In this document: piece after piece, positions 26,270 through 36,341 of the stretch
Numbering within the stretch: position 1 is the first letter of the stretch
Layout: the number at the start of each line of letters is the position of its first letter
From: Deltaproteobacteria bacterium
Lineage (GTDB): Bacteria > Myxococcota_C > UBA6777
Assembly (NCBI GenBank): GCA_006226375.1
Contig: SBHC01000009.1
Location: forward strand, 14,527-78,526
Direction of reading: 5' to 3'
DNA: 64,000 bases
Translations under genes and position numbers: made by a program
The notes under the pieces: model-generated
What the model was told of the DNA's origin: nothing
Seen by the model: the letters and a program-made list of their open reading frames with translations, nothing else
Database searches by the model: none

Positions 26270-27700
26270 ATGTCGCTCTTAAAATCCAAGATATTTCTTA
26301 AGATTGTTGTATGTTGGGGGCTGCTCTGGATTCCCCTATCTCACGCCCAAGACAAAACCAAAAGTCCTCCCACAACCCAACAAAAAGTTGCTGTCAAGAA
26401 GATCTCAAGCGATGAGGCGATCGCCAAGCGTTTGCGCGGCATCTTCCGAGCGACCGGCTGGTTCAAGTCTTTCAAGGTCAAGGTTGACGACGGGGTGGTG
26501 TTTCTCTCAGGACAAACCCAAACCCAGAAGCACCTCAAGTGGGCATCGCAGCTTGCCCAGAAAACGGAAGACGTTGTCGCGGTCGTTAACAAAATCAAAG
26601 TCCACAAAAAGAAAATAGCTGACCTGTCGCCAGCCTGGACGGAGCTCAAGTCACTTTGGACCGACTTTGTCCACCAAGCCCCGACCCTTGGTATTGCATT
26701 CGTCCTGCTTCTTTGTGTTTTGTTGCTCGCCAAGATGACGACACAATTCACGCTGTATGCATTAAAAAACCAGGTCAAAAGCCAGCTTCTCTTGACAGTT
26801 CTTTCGCGTGTACTCGCCATTCCGGTCTTAATTTTTGGTTTGTACCTTGTGTTACGAGTTTCGGACCTCACACGACTGGCCATGACCGTCATTGGCGGAA
26901 CCAGTTTGTTTGGACTCATCCTTGGATTTGCCTTCCGAGATATCGCAGAGAACTTCCTGTCTAGCATACTGTTGAGTGTGCAGCGTCCCTTCGCAACAGG
27001 CGACCTGATTGAAGTGTCTGGCTACACCGGTTACGTGCAAAGCGTTAACATGCGCTCCACATTGCTGATGACCTTTGACGGGAACCATGTGCAAATTGCC
27101 AACGCAAAGATCTACAAAGAGACCATCACCAACTTCACAGCTAACCCCAAAATGCGGATCCTCATACAGGTAGGAATTGGTTACAACGACTCGATCTCAG
27201 AAGCACAGTCCATTGCGTTGGATGTTCTTCAATCCCACCCAGCGATCCTCGACGATCCCGAACCGTTGGTCCTTGCGGAGAAGTTAGACTCAGCGACAGT
27301 GAACCTCGGAATCTATTGTTGGATCAATGTAGAGAAGCACAGCAAGGTCCGCGTACGCTCTGCCATTTTGCGCTTGGTCAAGCATGCCTTCCAACAAAGC
27401 GGAATTGAGATGCCAGACGACGCACGCGAGGTCGTGTTTCCTGAAGGTGTTCCTGTACGAATGCTGTCGGAGAAAGAGGGAGAGGAGCAGAAACAACAAA
27501 CACAACAGAAGCAAAGCAAATCTCACAAGGACCAGGAAAAACAAGTGCACAAAGCGGAAGGAAACCTGGAGAGTGAAGAGGAAGAGATCAAAAAGCAGGC
27601 CGAGAAAGCAAGAAGCCCAGAAGCTTCTCCAGACCTGCTCAAGAACGAGGAAGACAAAGAACCCAACCCTCCCTCGCAATCTGCTGAACAAGAAGCCTAA
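26270..27700 (+). CDS. BON-domain mechanosensitive channel (MscS family)
   Basis: Signal peptide, then a BON block (FKVKVDDGVVFLSGQTQTQKHLKWASQLAQKTEDVVAVVNKI) and TM helices. The MscS core is FRDIAENFLSSILLSVQRPFATGDLIEVSGYTGYVQSVNMRSTLLMTFDGNHVQIAN. The tail is acidic/basic. Confidence 0.85.
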   Translation: MSLLKSKIFLKIVVCWGLLWIPLSHAQDKTKSPPTTQQKVAVKKISSDEAIAKRLRGIFRATGWFKSFKVKVDDGVVFLSGQTQTQKHLKWASQLAQKTEDVVAVVNKIKVHKKKIADLSPAWTELKSLWTDFVHQAPTLGIAFVLLLCVLLLAKMTTQFTLYALKNQVKSQLLLTVLSRVLAIPVLIFGLYLVLRVSDLTRLAMTVIGGTSLFGLILGFAFRDIAENFLSSILLSVQRPFATGDLIEVSGYTGYVQSVNMRSTLLMTFDGNHVQIANAKIYKETITNFTANPKMRILIQVGIGYNDSISEAQSIALDVLQSHPAILDDPEPLVLAEKLDSATVNLGIYCWINVEKHSKVRVRSAILRLVKHAFQQSGIEMPDDAREVVFPEGVPVRMLSEKEGEEQKQQTQQKQSKSHKDQEKQVHKAEGNLESEEEEIKKQAEKARSPEASPDLLKNEEDKEPNPPSQSAEQEA

Positions 27701-28413
27701 CCTCAAGCCCCAGCATGCGTTTTTCTAACATAGAAAGACTGAGATTCCTGCTGGGAAATACATGGGCTCCGTTTCCAAAAGCAGCACCCATAAGCAAGTG
27801 GCTCAAACCATGCCCTTCTCGCTCAAGCCAGGTGGAGTCTACACTCTGGTCTATTTTGGGCTGGAATCCAACTCGGACACTCCCTTGCAAGCCTTCTTGA
27901 TCAAAGACAACAGCCCCACCACAAGCAGCGCCAGCCTTCACATGGGCAACACTCCCTAATACAATATCTTACCTACCGATAAAGGATGGAGCGAGCAAGA
28001 AGCTTTGATGGAGAGCTTGAAGCTGAGAAGAACGCTTCTCTCCATCAAACCGATGCAACCCTCTCGAGCAATGACAACTTCCTTTGCTTCTTGCAGAGTT
28101 AGAGCTAGCACGGATGTAGGTACTTCTCCCTTGTCTATACGTGGTCATTGATTCGGGCTATGTAGGAGAAGCTCGTAGAGAGATGAGGATGCGTTCGCGA
28201 AAGTTAGGCTTACTCTGGGTTGGGACACTGTAGCCTCTCGCGAAGCGACGTTGTTGTCTCGCATCCCTTGTGGCGTTCATCTCTCTTTCTTTGAAGCTTC
28301 GAATATTTCAGCACTTTGGCGTTTATTGTTTCTCTTGTTGCAAACTGGCATTGGGCTTGCACTTTCAACTGGCCAACAATGTTCCTGTTTCGATTGCAAG
28401 GAGAGAACGAACA

Positions 28414-28704
28414 ATGAGAAGAATACTTAACCTTTGTGTCTTGTGTGTGGTCTTGGTGGGTTCGGTTGGAGTAGGTTGTGGCGTTGTCGATGATTACGTT
28501 GACTGCAACAAGATCTGCAACCGATACCGAGACTGCGTCAACTCACAATATGATTCTGGTAAATGCATCGATCGTTGCTTTGATGAGTCACGGAGCAATC
28601 CTGACTACAACCGAAAAGCCAACGACTGTAGCGCTTGTTTGGAAACGCGAGCGTGCTCTGAGAGTCTGCCATGCACCGTGCAGTGTGCAGGCATTGTTCC
28701 GTAA
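28414..28704 (+). CDS. small Cys-rich lipoprotein (96 aa)
   Basis: RBS AAGGAGAG lies 9 nt before ATG 28414; the track ORF starts at 28270. The lipobox is GSVGVGC, and the roughly 73-aa mature part carries 10 further Cys. No family recognised. Confidence 0.55.
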   Translation: MRRILNLCVLCVVLVGSVGVGCGVVDDYVDCNKICNRYRDCVNSQYDSGKCIDRCFDESRSNPDYNRKANDCSACLETRACSESLPCTVQCAGIVP

Positions 28705-28873
28705 TTTTTATATAGCTATGCCTGCATACGTTTGAAGAATTTCTCGAAGCTATCCTTCCTTGAGATGTTCCCATCGCCGATGGTGTGAAAGTGGAATGTT
28801 TCTGAGGCTTCTGCTTCGTTGTATGCCATAGGGCCTGGCTTTCTTTCCACCTACTACGAGAGAGGAAATTACT

Positions 28874-29053
28874 ATGTTATCCTGGATTTTTGCATTCTTG
28901 ATCATGGCTTTGCTTGCTGCTGTTCTTGGTTTTGGAGGTTTGGCTGGTGCCTTTGCTGGTATCGCAAAGATTCTGTTCCTTGTCTTTGCAGCTGCCTTTG
29001 TGATTATGTTTGTCGTGAATACGATGAAAGGTCGTTCTACGACGTTACCGTAG
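28874..29053 (+). CDS. UPF0391/DUF1328 small membrane protein (59 aa, below the ORF-track cutoff)
   Basis: My own translation is [59 protein letters not shown]. It contains the hallmark LGFGG(I/L)[10 protein letters not shown] block. RBS GAGAGAGGAA lies upstream. The 114-aa minus-strand ORF and the 80-aa plus-strand ORF here are shadows. Confidence 0.75.
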   Translation: MLSWIFAFLIMALLAAVLGFGGLAGAFAGIAKILFLVFAAAFVIMFVVNTMKGRSTTLP

Positions 29054-29341
29054 CAACCTGAAAGATTTCGAAGGGTGTGATCTATATCCTGCAATACTTG
29101 CGAACCAAGTTACAATCACCGCAGCTGTCCAAAACATGGGTGCCTTTCGATGGGCTCTAGTGACTGATGGAGGAGCAGCGAGGGCAGCCTTAGAGTGTCC
29201 CTCTTGGTTCCTGCCGGTTCCTGCAAGAACCCCACCTCAATCGCGCAGCGAGCGTCACGATGTGGCGTGAACAGTGCTTGTCTTTTTTTGTAACAATTCC
29301 CCCAGCTCAATCCACTATCTCGTTAAGGCGATGCAGTCGAT

Positions 29342-30778
29342 CTACTTCTTGGAAGAAGAGCTCGTCTCCTCCTCCTTAACCTCCTCCTCGACTTCTTCCT
29401 CTGCCTCATGTTCCATCGTTTCCCACCCAACAGCCTTGAGCGCTTTGCAGACCATCTCATAAAATTCTTGGATGGTCTCCTGGTCGGACTCTTCCAGCAC
29501 ACCCTCTCGCTCGCTTCCACGCTGAATCATCAAAGCATGCTGTCGGATGCATTCAAGATGCGTTTGGTTTTGGGTATGGGTGCTAATGATCGCCAATGCT
29601 TCTAACATACGGAGGCGCACGGACACGGAGTTCGCGGCGTTTTGTCGGATCTGATGGAACGAAAGATCCAACAACCTGGTGAAGTTCAATGTGGGATAAA
29701 TGAGTCGGAGCTTGTTTTCTTCATCCAGGCGATAGCGGCTGGGAAAACGAAAGTTCACAAGCTGGACAAGACCGTTGCGCAAAGCATCGATGCATTGGTT
29801 CGCTGTAAATGGGTCATTGGTTCCAGGGGAAAGCGCTCGCACGGCAATCTCAACAATCTGACGAATATCAAACGCCAGATCTTGCTCAGAAGATAGCTTG
29901 GTGGCGACAAGCACACACCCACGAAGCTTCTCAGACAGCTCTTCGTCCAGTTCACCAGAAGCTCCATATACCTTCATTAATGGATGGCCATACGACACAA
30001 ACGTGCTCGTTTTCTGAAACAAATGAAGAAGAAGAGAATGTTGGGTAGCCAAGTGCAACAAGTTGTCATAATCAATAGCTTGAATGTAGCCACTCTTCTC
30101 GGCCCGAATGGATTCGGACGCTTCATCAAAATCTTCTGGAATTTGTTCTTTGCACTTCTCAACGTCTTCTGTACTTAAGCTCTGCTCCTGTTCGTCCCCA
30201 AAGATAGCTATTTTTTGATCCATTTCGTGGCTCAGGTTTGAGATCAATTGCTCTACCTGCAACTGCGTTGCAACATGATGAATAAAGTAGATGAGAACAG
30301 CGATGCAAACCAACGCCAAGAGGACAGCAATCGAGACAGAAAACTGGAGGTGAGATGGCTCCTTCGACGCCGACGGGGCAGGGAGAAACCGGATACACAG
30401 CAAGCAGTATACAAAGGTAGAGACGAACGTACCCAAGGAGATTTGATTGCCCCAATCCTTCATAAAGTTCCGCAGCAGCCGAGGCCCAAACTGGCTAGAC
30501 GCCAGAGTTAAGGCCACCATGGTAATCGAGAATGTAACGCCAGCGACCCCAACCATCGAGGAAGCCAAGACCGATAGAAAAGAGCCCGCAGCCTCTGGAC
30601 TCATACCATACAACCAAGCGTACGGCTTCTCAGCAGAAAAGACTGGCCCCCAACGACGGTCTACATACGAAGCCGAAAGCGCTGCAATCACGGCAGAAAA
30701 CGTCATAATGGAAGGAACAAACCAAAAGGTCGTACGTAAACTGTGCCACTTGCTCTTCAGAAAAATCTTCATCAACAT
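29342..30778 (-). CDS. DUF2254-family membrane protein
   Basis: The N-terminus SLRTTFWFVPSIMTFSAVIAALS plus further TM helices and a soluble C-terminal half fit DUF2254. The tail is acidic (EEEVEEEVKEEE). Confidence 0.6.
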   Translation of the reverse strand: MLMKIFLKSKWHSLRTTFWFVPSIMTFSAVIAALSASYVDRRWGPVFSAEKPYAWLYGMSPEAAGSFLSVLASSMVGVAGVTFSITMVALTLASSQFGPRLLRNFMKDWGNQISLGTFVSTFVYCLLCIRFLPAPSASKEPSHLQFSVSIAVLLALVCIAVLIYFIHHVATQLQVEQLISNLSHEMDQKIAIFGDEQEQSLSTEDVEKCKEQIPEDFDEASESIRAEKSGYIQAIDYDNLLHLATQHSLLLHLFQKTSTFVSYGHPLMKVYGASGELDEELSEKLRGCVLVATKLSSEQDLAFDIRQIVEIAVRALSPGTNDPFTANQCIDALRNGLVQLVNFRFPSRYRLDEENKLRLIYPTLNFTRLLDLSFHQIRQNAANSVSVRLRMLEALAIISTHTQNQTHLECIRQHALMIQRGSEREGVLEESDQETIQEFYEMVCKALKAVGWETMEHEAEEEVEEEVKEEETSSSSKK

Positions 30779-31139
30779 CTATCACCTGGTAAGAGAAAAA
30801 AAGAGCGACACACGAGCAAAGAACAACTTCACTTCTGTTTGTGAAGAAAGACCCCAAGCCTCCGTACGTAGCTCACACACTTGGAGGCTTACCAAGCAAG
30901 GATCACACCACTCTGTTTGTGGAGAACATCAAATCTCGAAACATCGGTCTTTTGTGTCCCAAAGAAACATGGGGATAACTGAAACTGCGTCACCGATGAC
31001 CCAACCCCCCCGCCATGGAGAACACCGTTTCATACCAAGCTCGAACCCCACCGAATCACCCAAAGTTTTACGTTGAGCCTCTTCATGGCTTTCTTCCTGC
31101 TGCCATCTCCAGACACAACTCTCCCACCAAGCCACCAAC

Positions 31140-33680
31140 CTAGGATTCAGAGCCAATGTCAGCGTACGTAGACGCTCCTTCCAAAAAGACGCCTTCAAGC
31201 AACGCGTACAGTTCTTTCCGTTTCACGGGCTTTTCCAACACAGGAATACTTCGCAACGATTCAGGAATGAGTTGAGCATCGCTGTATCCCGTGACGAAAG
31301 CACAAGGAAGCTCTGCCTGACGTAGCTCCTCGGCAAAAGCAAAGCTTGTCTCCTGACCAAGTTGTATGTCGAGCAAAGCCAGTGAAACCGATTGGCTCTC
31401 CAAATGGGTACGAGCCTGCTCCAGAGAAGCCACCGCAGAGGTATGCATGCAGCCCAATTCTTTGAGCGTTTCCACGGTATCAAGAGCGAGAAGGGCGTTA
31501 TCCTCCAACAGCAAAATTCGATGCTGGGACAACCAACCGGCATGGGATGGAGAACTCCATGTATCCAAGGATTCAATGGCAGCGGAGACAATCAGTTCAG
31601 CAGGAAACCACAAGTCGACTTCCAGACCATTCGGATGAAAGCGCATGTCAACGTCTCCTTTCAGCTCATAGGGGATGGTTCGTTCGATCAAGATCGAACC
31701 AAAGCCCTTGCGGTCGGGTAACGAGATGGGAGACACACAGCGCTCTCGCCAATACAGTTGTAGCTTTTCGTTGTGAAGGACCCACGTGATATCCAGTTGA
31801 TTGTCTGGATGGGAGAGCGCGCCGTACTTCACCGCATTTGTCACAAGCTCATGAAACACCAAAGACAACACAACGGAAGCGTCCGCATGAATGAAGATCT
31901 CATCCCCGGAGAGAGCCGCAAGGATTCGTTCCCGGGAAAGATAGGGCGCAAGCTCTCGATGCAACAATCGATTCAAAGAGCAACAGGAGCTCAGATCCGC
32001 GGCGTCGTGTTCATGGGCTCGGGCCAGCGCAGAGATTCGATACTCTAACATTTGAGCGTATTGCTCCAAAGAGGATGCGTTGCGTCGGGTTTGCCGAGTG
32101 ATCGATTGAATCAAAGCCAAAATATTCTTGATGCGATGGTTAAGTTCCCCCACCAACCACTCTTGTTTTTGTGAAGAAGTACCGCCTTGGGCCGAAAGCT
32201 GCGCCAACCAGGTGCTACAAATTTCCTCGGCGGCGAGGGTGTCTTCGGTGCTCCAAGGCATGCAATGACCGGACACTTGCTCCACATAAGCAGCGAACGA
32301 AGAGCGTGGATGAAGTTGCGGGCCGTGCTCCTCCAGAGAGACAGTGACTCCTTTGGGATCTCCCCCCCAACGCACATGCTGAATGAACTCACAACGAAAG
32401 AACAGCAAACGAGCGGGCTCTGGCTCCTTTGTTGAGAGAAGCAACGCCCCAGCAAGGCCAGAAAAGTCCACACCAGGAAACGCCTCAGACAAAGACTCAA
32501 AGGTCATCACAGACGCTTCAGGGCTTTGAGCGGCTTGCTCAAGAAGAAGGGAAAGAGCCTCTCGGGGAGGCACAATCCCGTGCAGATGCCACTTCCCTTC
32601 CAGCCAAAGAGCCAAACCATCCGAGGGAACCAACGTGTTCATGCTTTGCGCAAGGCCAGCTAACGCAAACTCCGAAGCGAGCTGTGGGTTGGCCATGAGT
32701 GTGTGTTGAACAACCTGAATCTGGGCACGCTTCTCTGCTTTCTTTTTGGCCAGGAGAAGCTCCAACTGCATCGAGAGCATCTGACCGAACAACTCAAACT
32801 TCAGACGTTTTTCTGGTCGAATGTAACGCGGTACCAGATCAGCATGACAGGCAATGAGTCCCCACAGTCGCTGGTTTACAATCAACGGCAGCGTCATAGA
32901 CGCCGTCACTTCCATGTTTCTTAAGTACGCAAGATGGACAGGGGAAACAGCGCGAAGGGTAGAGAGAGAAAGATCCAACAAAGGAGCATCTTCGAACTCG
33001 GTGAGCAAAGGAACAGAATCCGCCGAAACATCGGAGATCACTCGGATGGGGTTTCGGAAAAAGAGGTCTCGTGCTTGGGGAGGAATATCGGAAGCAGGAT
33101 ACCGAAGTCCAAGATAGGGTTCTTGCGACCAACAACACTCTTCAGCGACAACCTCTCCATCCCCATTGTGAAGAAAGCGGTAGGCCATCACGCGCTTAAA
33201 ACCGCTCGTCCAACGTAGGGTTTCCACCGCGACGCTCAACAATTGTTCAAGGCTTTCCATCTCATGAATCTTCGCCAACATAAAGCGAAGTTCCATTAAC
33301 GACGATGTGGACTCCTTGTCATGAGCACGCTCCAACTCCAACACCAACGACTCGGAAGACTGATGCAGGCTCAGATCAAACCAACCATCTGAAAGTTCGC
33401 AAATCCCCAAGCGCGTTTTCGCGTTCGCAAGATCGGCAAGCTGCGCGTTCCGGATGTTATGAATGACTTTGGGGGTCAGGTACGATACAGCAGGCTGTCC
33501 CAAAAGATCCTGAACCGGACAAGAAAAGTAGTCACCTGCATTTTGAGAGGCATGCGTTGTTCGTTGCAAGCGGGTGTCCAAAACCACCACTGCACCAAAC
33601 GATTGTATCGCGTTGGGAGTATGAATGGGTTCGTTCGCACAGTTTTCTATCGCCTGTTGTAAAAGAGCGTCCATCACCAT
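31140..33680 (-). CDS. bphP: bacteriophytochrome photoreceptor (PAS-GAF-PHY) with HWE/HisKA_2-type histidine kinase and C-terminal receiver
   Basis: N-terminal IENCANEPIHTPNAIQSFG carries the biliverdin-Cys context. GAF blocks are RVMAYRFLHNGDGEVVAEE, YLGLRYPASDIPPQARDLF and LRAVSPVHLAYLRNMEVTASM. The kinase blocks are GELNHRIKNILALIQSI and HELVTNAVKYG. The REC domain reads ILLLEDN...LALLDIQL. The start is ATG 33680 or 33674; the track ORF extends to 33734. Confidence 0.85.
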   Translation of the reverse strand: MVMDALLQQAIENCANEPIHTPNAIQSFGAVVVLDTRLQRTTHASQNAGDYFSCPVQDLLGQPAVSYLTPKVIHNIRNAQLADLANAKTRLGICELSDGWFDLSLHQSSESLVLELERAHDKESTSSLMELRFMLAKIHEMESLEQLLSVAVETLRWTSGFKRVMAYRFLHNGDGEVVAEECCWSQEPYLGLRYPASDIPPQARDLFFRNPIRVISDVSADSVPLLTEFEDAPLLDLSLSTLRAVSPVHLAYLRNMEVTASMTLPLIVNQRLWGLIACHADLVPRYIRPEKRLKFELFGQMLSMQLELLLAKKKAEKRAQIQVVQHTLMANPQLASEFALAGLAQSMNTLVPSDGLALWLEGKWHLHGIVPPREALSLLLEQAAQSPEASVMTFESLSEAFPGVDFSGLAGALLLSTKEPEPARLLFFRCEFIQHVRWGGDPKGVTVSLEEHGPQLHPRSSFAAYVEQVSGHCMPWSTEDTLAAEEICSTWLAQLSAQGGTSSQKQEWLVGELNHRIKNILALIQSITRQTRRNASSLEQYAQMLEYRISALARAHEHDAADLSSCCSLNRLLHRELAPYLSRERILAALSGDEIFIHADASVVLSLVFHELVTNAVKYGALSHPDNQLDITWVLHNEKLQLYWRERCVSPISLPDRKGFGSILIERTIPYELKGDVDMRFHPNGLEVDLWFPAELIVSAAIESLDTWSSPSHAGWLSQHRILLLEDNALLALDTVETLKELGCMHTSAVASLEQARTHLESQSVSLALLDIQLGQETSFAFAEELRQAELPCAFVTGYSDAQLIPESLRSIPVLEKPVKRKELYALLEGVFLEGASTYADIGSES

Positions 33681-33878
33681 CACCTTAACGTAAACGTAGC
33701 CTTCGCAAAAAACTTCCAATGACAAACATTTCATCCAAAATTGGGAACAGTATAGTCAAAGGAGCACGAGGAGCCTCATAAATTTTTGTTTACATAATTT
33801 TTTCACTATGCAAATCTGGAACCTATACAAAAGCTGAAGGCTCTATCAACGATTGCAGTAAGTTGGAGTGGACGAACG

Positions 33879-34652
33879 ATGGAAGGATCAACGTTGCCTG
33901 AAGTGATTCTCACAACAGATATTGATCTCCCTTTCTTAAAAGAGTTTTTGGTCGATAAATTCTTGGTCAAAGAGAGTCAAAGTAAAGTCTTCTCATACAC
34001 ACTCATCGATTCCGAAACTCCCTCTCTAGTGATCCTGGTCTTTCCCTTCAAAAATGACAAAGATGGAATCGAGTGGATTCGAGAAATGCGTGAGTATACG
34101 CTTTGTCCCATCGTGCTGGTCGGACAAGACATTCCATTCTCTTTCTTCTTGGAAGGCCTTGACGCTGGAGCGGATGACTTCCTTTGCCAGGACCTAGCCG
34201 AATGCTTCCAAGATGAGGAGCTTCAGCAAAGCTGGTTGACGGAGCTATACACTCGAATGATTGCTTTGGTCCGAAGAGCCGGGCGCGTGGGTGGTGTGAT
34301 TGAACCTGGGCAGGAGATTGTTTGCGGACCGCTCGTTCTGCACCTCAACGAAATGAACGTTTCATTCGCAGGTAGCCCTGTAGCCTTAACTCCCACAGAG
34401 TTTCGGTTGTTGCAACGGTTGGCGCGCAACCCCAACACAACCTTGCCACATGAGGATCTGCTCACGGATCTGTGGGGCAAACAGTTTGCAAACGAGAGAC
34501 AGTACTTGCGGGTTTACATCAGCCGACTTCGAGAGAAGCTTTCGCTTGAAGAAGATGGAGATCTTACCATTGAAACGGTACCCAAAGAAGGATACATGCT
34601 TCGTATTGTGCAACCCGAAGAGCTAAAGAAAGCGAACGAATGCCAATTGTAA
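33879..34652 (+). CDS. OmpR/PhoB-type winged-helix regulator with degenerate (pseudo-)receiver domain
   Basis: The C-terminal wHTH reads LTPTEFRLLQRLARNPNTTLPHEDLLTDLWG...YLRVYISRLREKL...GYML. In the receiver-like N-terminus the phospho-acceptor position reads LVILVFPF (no Asp). The conserved Lys position reads GADDFLCQD. Confidence 0.7.
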   Translation: MEGSTLPEVILTTDIDLPFLKEFLVDKFLVKESQSKVFSYTLIDSETPSLVILVFPFKNDKDGIEWIREMREYTLCPIVLVGQDIPFSFFLEGLDAGADDFLCQDLAECFQDEELQQSWLTELYTRMIALVRRAGRVGGVIEPGQEIVCGPLVLHLNEMNVSFAGSPVALTPTEFRLLQRLARNPNTTLPHEDLLTDLWGKQFANERQYLRVYISRLREKLSLEEDGDLTIETVPKEGYMLRIVQPEELKKANECQL

Positions 34653-34780
34653 AGGGAGGCAAAGCTCAAAACGGTTTACTTTCAAAGAGAATGAAGGCTT
34701 CCAATCCATCGCTAGGATGAAAGTCTTTCTTCCCTTCTGAGCATCCACCCCTCACACATTGCCAAAGGGGCTTGCTCAGG

Positions 34781-35740
34781 TTAGGCCGCCAGCTTTTGAC
34801 GACACAAGAACTCTCCCAAACGATGGGAGGCGTACTCAAAGATGCTGAATTCTCCAGGAACAAACGGTTCTTCGTTGTAGCCCCGGTACAACAAGATGGT
34901 ACCGACAAGCTGATGTTTGTACTGCACAGGAGCGATCATAATCGGCCCAACTCGGGGTAGAACGTCCCGAAGGTTCTCGTTTTCAAATTCTTCTCTGTGA
35001 AACGACGAAACATTAACGCCAACCCCTCGACGAGCACAAAAACCAAGGATCCCTTGGTGAATGGGGAAGCTCACATCAAGGAGAAGGTCAACGTCGGCTC
35101 CTAAAGCTTCCACACAGCGCAGGCGCAACGGTTTTTGCGACTCCATCAAGAAGACACCAATGCCCCGCAGCGAGAGCCGATCCCACAAGAACTCGGCGAG
35201 ATAGCGAATCGCATTCTCTTCATTGGTTCCAAACTGCTCGTGCAGGTCTCCCAGGTTCATAAAGATATCGGTAAGAAATAACTCCGTCTCTCCTGGATTG
35301 TAGCTACGAGACGTCGGTTGGAGAAGCTTTAATTCTTGGGCGTTAATGCGGTTAAGCGTATCCAGCGATGTTCCTTCGGCGGTTGGTGGAGCTTCTTCTG
35401 TGGTGGGAGGTACACGCTCGTATTTCTCTTTTTCTTCGGGCTCCATTTGCACATGGCTCATCGTTTTGGTCTCGTCAGACCAAACCAGCCATCCGGTCGA
35501 AGGCAGAAACAAGGGTTCATCCAAGCTCGTCACATAAAGCACCGAGCGAAGCTCTGGGTCATGAACTTCAATCTGGTCGGTTTGCTGGGTGTTTCGAAGG
35601 TAAATCATCGTCGTGTGGGGACGAGAACCCAACCCAAGGCGCCATCGATGAAAGACATCCAGCCAGTCCTCTGCTTCAACCTCGCCCAGCTCTCGTAGCG
35701 TTTGTGTGTGTTGGTTAAAATCTTGTGTTCGAAATCTCAT
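34781..35740 (-). CDS. GAF-domain protein
   Basis: A perfect RBS AGGAGG precedes ATG 35740; the track ORF extends to 35953. The C-terminal GAF-like block is GIGVFLMESQKPLRLRCVEALG...FPIHQGILGFCARRG...IMIAPVQYKHQLVGTILLY. Confidence 0.6.
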   Translation of the reverse strand: MRFRTQDFNQHTQTLRELGEVEAEDWLDVFHRWRLGLGSRPHTTMIYLRNTQQTDQIEVHDPELRSVLYVTSLDEPLFLPSTGWLVWSDETKTMSHVQMEPEEKEKYERVPPTTEEAPPTAEGTSLDTLNRINAQELKLLQPTSRSYNPGETELFLTDIFMNLGDLHEQFGTNEENAIRYLAEFLWDRLSLRGIGVFLMESQKPLRLRCVEALGADVDLLLDVSFPIHQGILGFCARRGVGVNVSSFHREEFENENLRDVLPRVGPIMIAPVQYKHQLVGTILLYRGYNEEPFVPGEFSIFEYASHRLGEFLCRQKLAA

Positions 35741-36341
35741 AGGTTCCTCCTGGTTTGGATTGGCCTTCGCCTGTTTGCAGAGATCTTGAAAGCAAACCCT
35801 ATACCGCTGCACAAAGACATGGAGCAACACACCAACTTTCCAGAAGAAACCGTCACGAGCAACCCACAAGACGGATGCACAAAGAGCCACGCCGCTCGAA
35901 AAGAGACATGCATGTCGGACAAAACCACGAGCCTGGGGCAACCTCACTTGCACATTTTTTAAGGCATGAGAAAACGACCGACAAAAGAACGGGGCATAGC
36001 TAGGTCAATCGCAAAAAAGGAAGGGGACAGCTATGCGCCAAACAAGCAATCCAGCAGGACTCCGCTGTCCCAACCGGTAGAGCGACGAACGAGACCAAAA
36101 GGAACAAACACCGGATAACAAAGAAAAACACAACCAGCAAACCGTTACCAAGCAAACGGTCAAAAAGAGTTGGATCAACTTTTGCTTAGGAGGAGATCAT
36201 CCTCAATGGGGAACTACAAAACGTTCTACCGATTTAACATGTGGACTGCACCTAGCAGAAAGAAACCAGAACACTCAGTTCGAACAGACTCCCTCTGTTT
36301 GTTTCCATGGTTCAGTCTCACACAGAAAGTAAGGAGAAATT

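Noticed and set aside
27762-27959. 65-aa ORF in the long spacer as a confident gene
   Set aside because: Its codon usage looks gene-like, but the RBS is weak and I recognise no family. It overlaps alternative ORFs on both strands. It is reported only as a question in the findings, not as a feature.
30856-30890. 8-bp hairpin (AAGCCTCC / GGAGGCTT, 19-nt loop) as a terminator of the phytochrome gene
   Set aside because: It lies about 250 nt downstream of the stop at 31140. On the minus strand it is followed only by GGGGTCTTTCTTC, a weak U-tract. The evidence is too weak to call.
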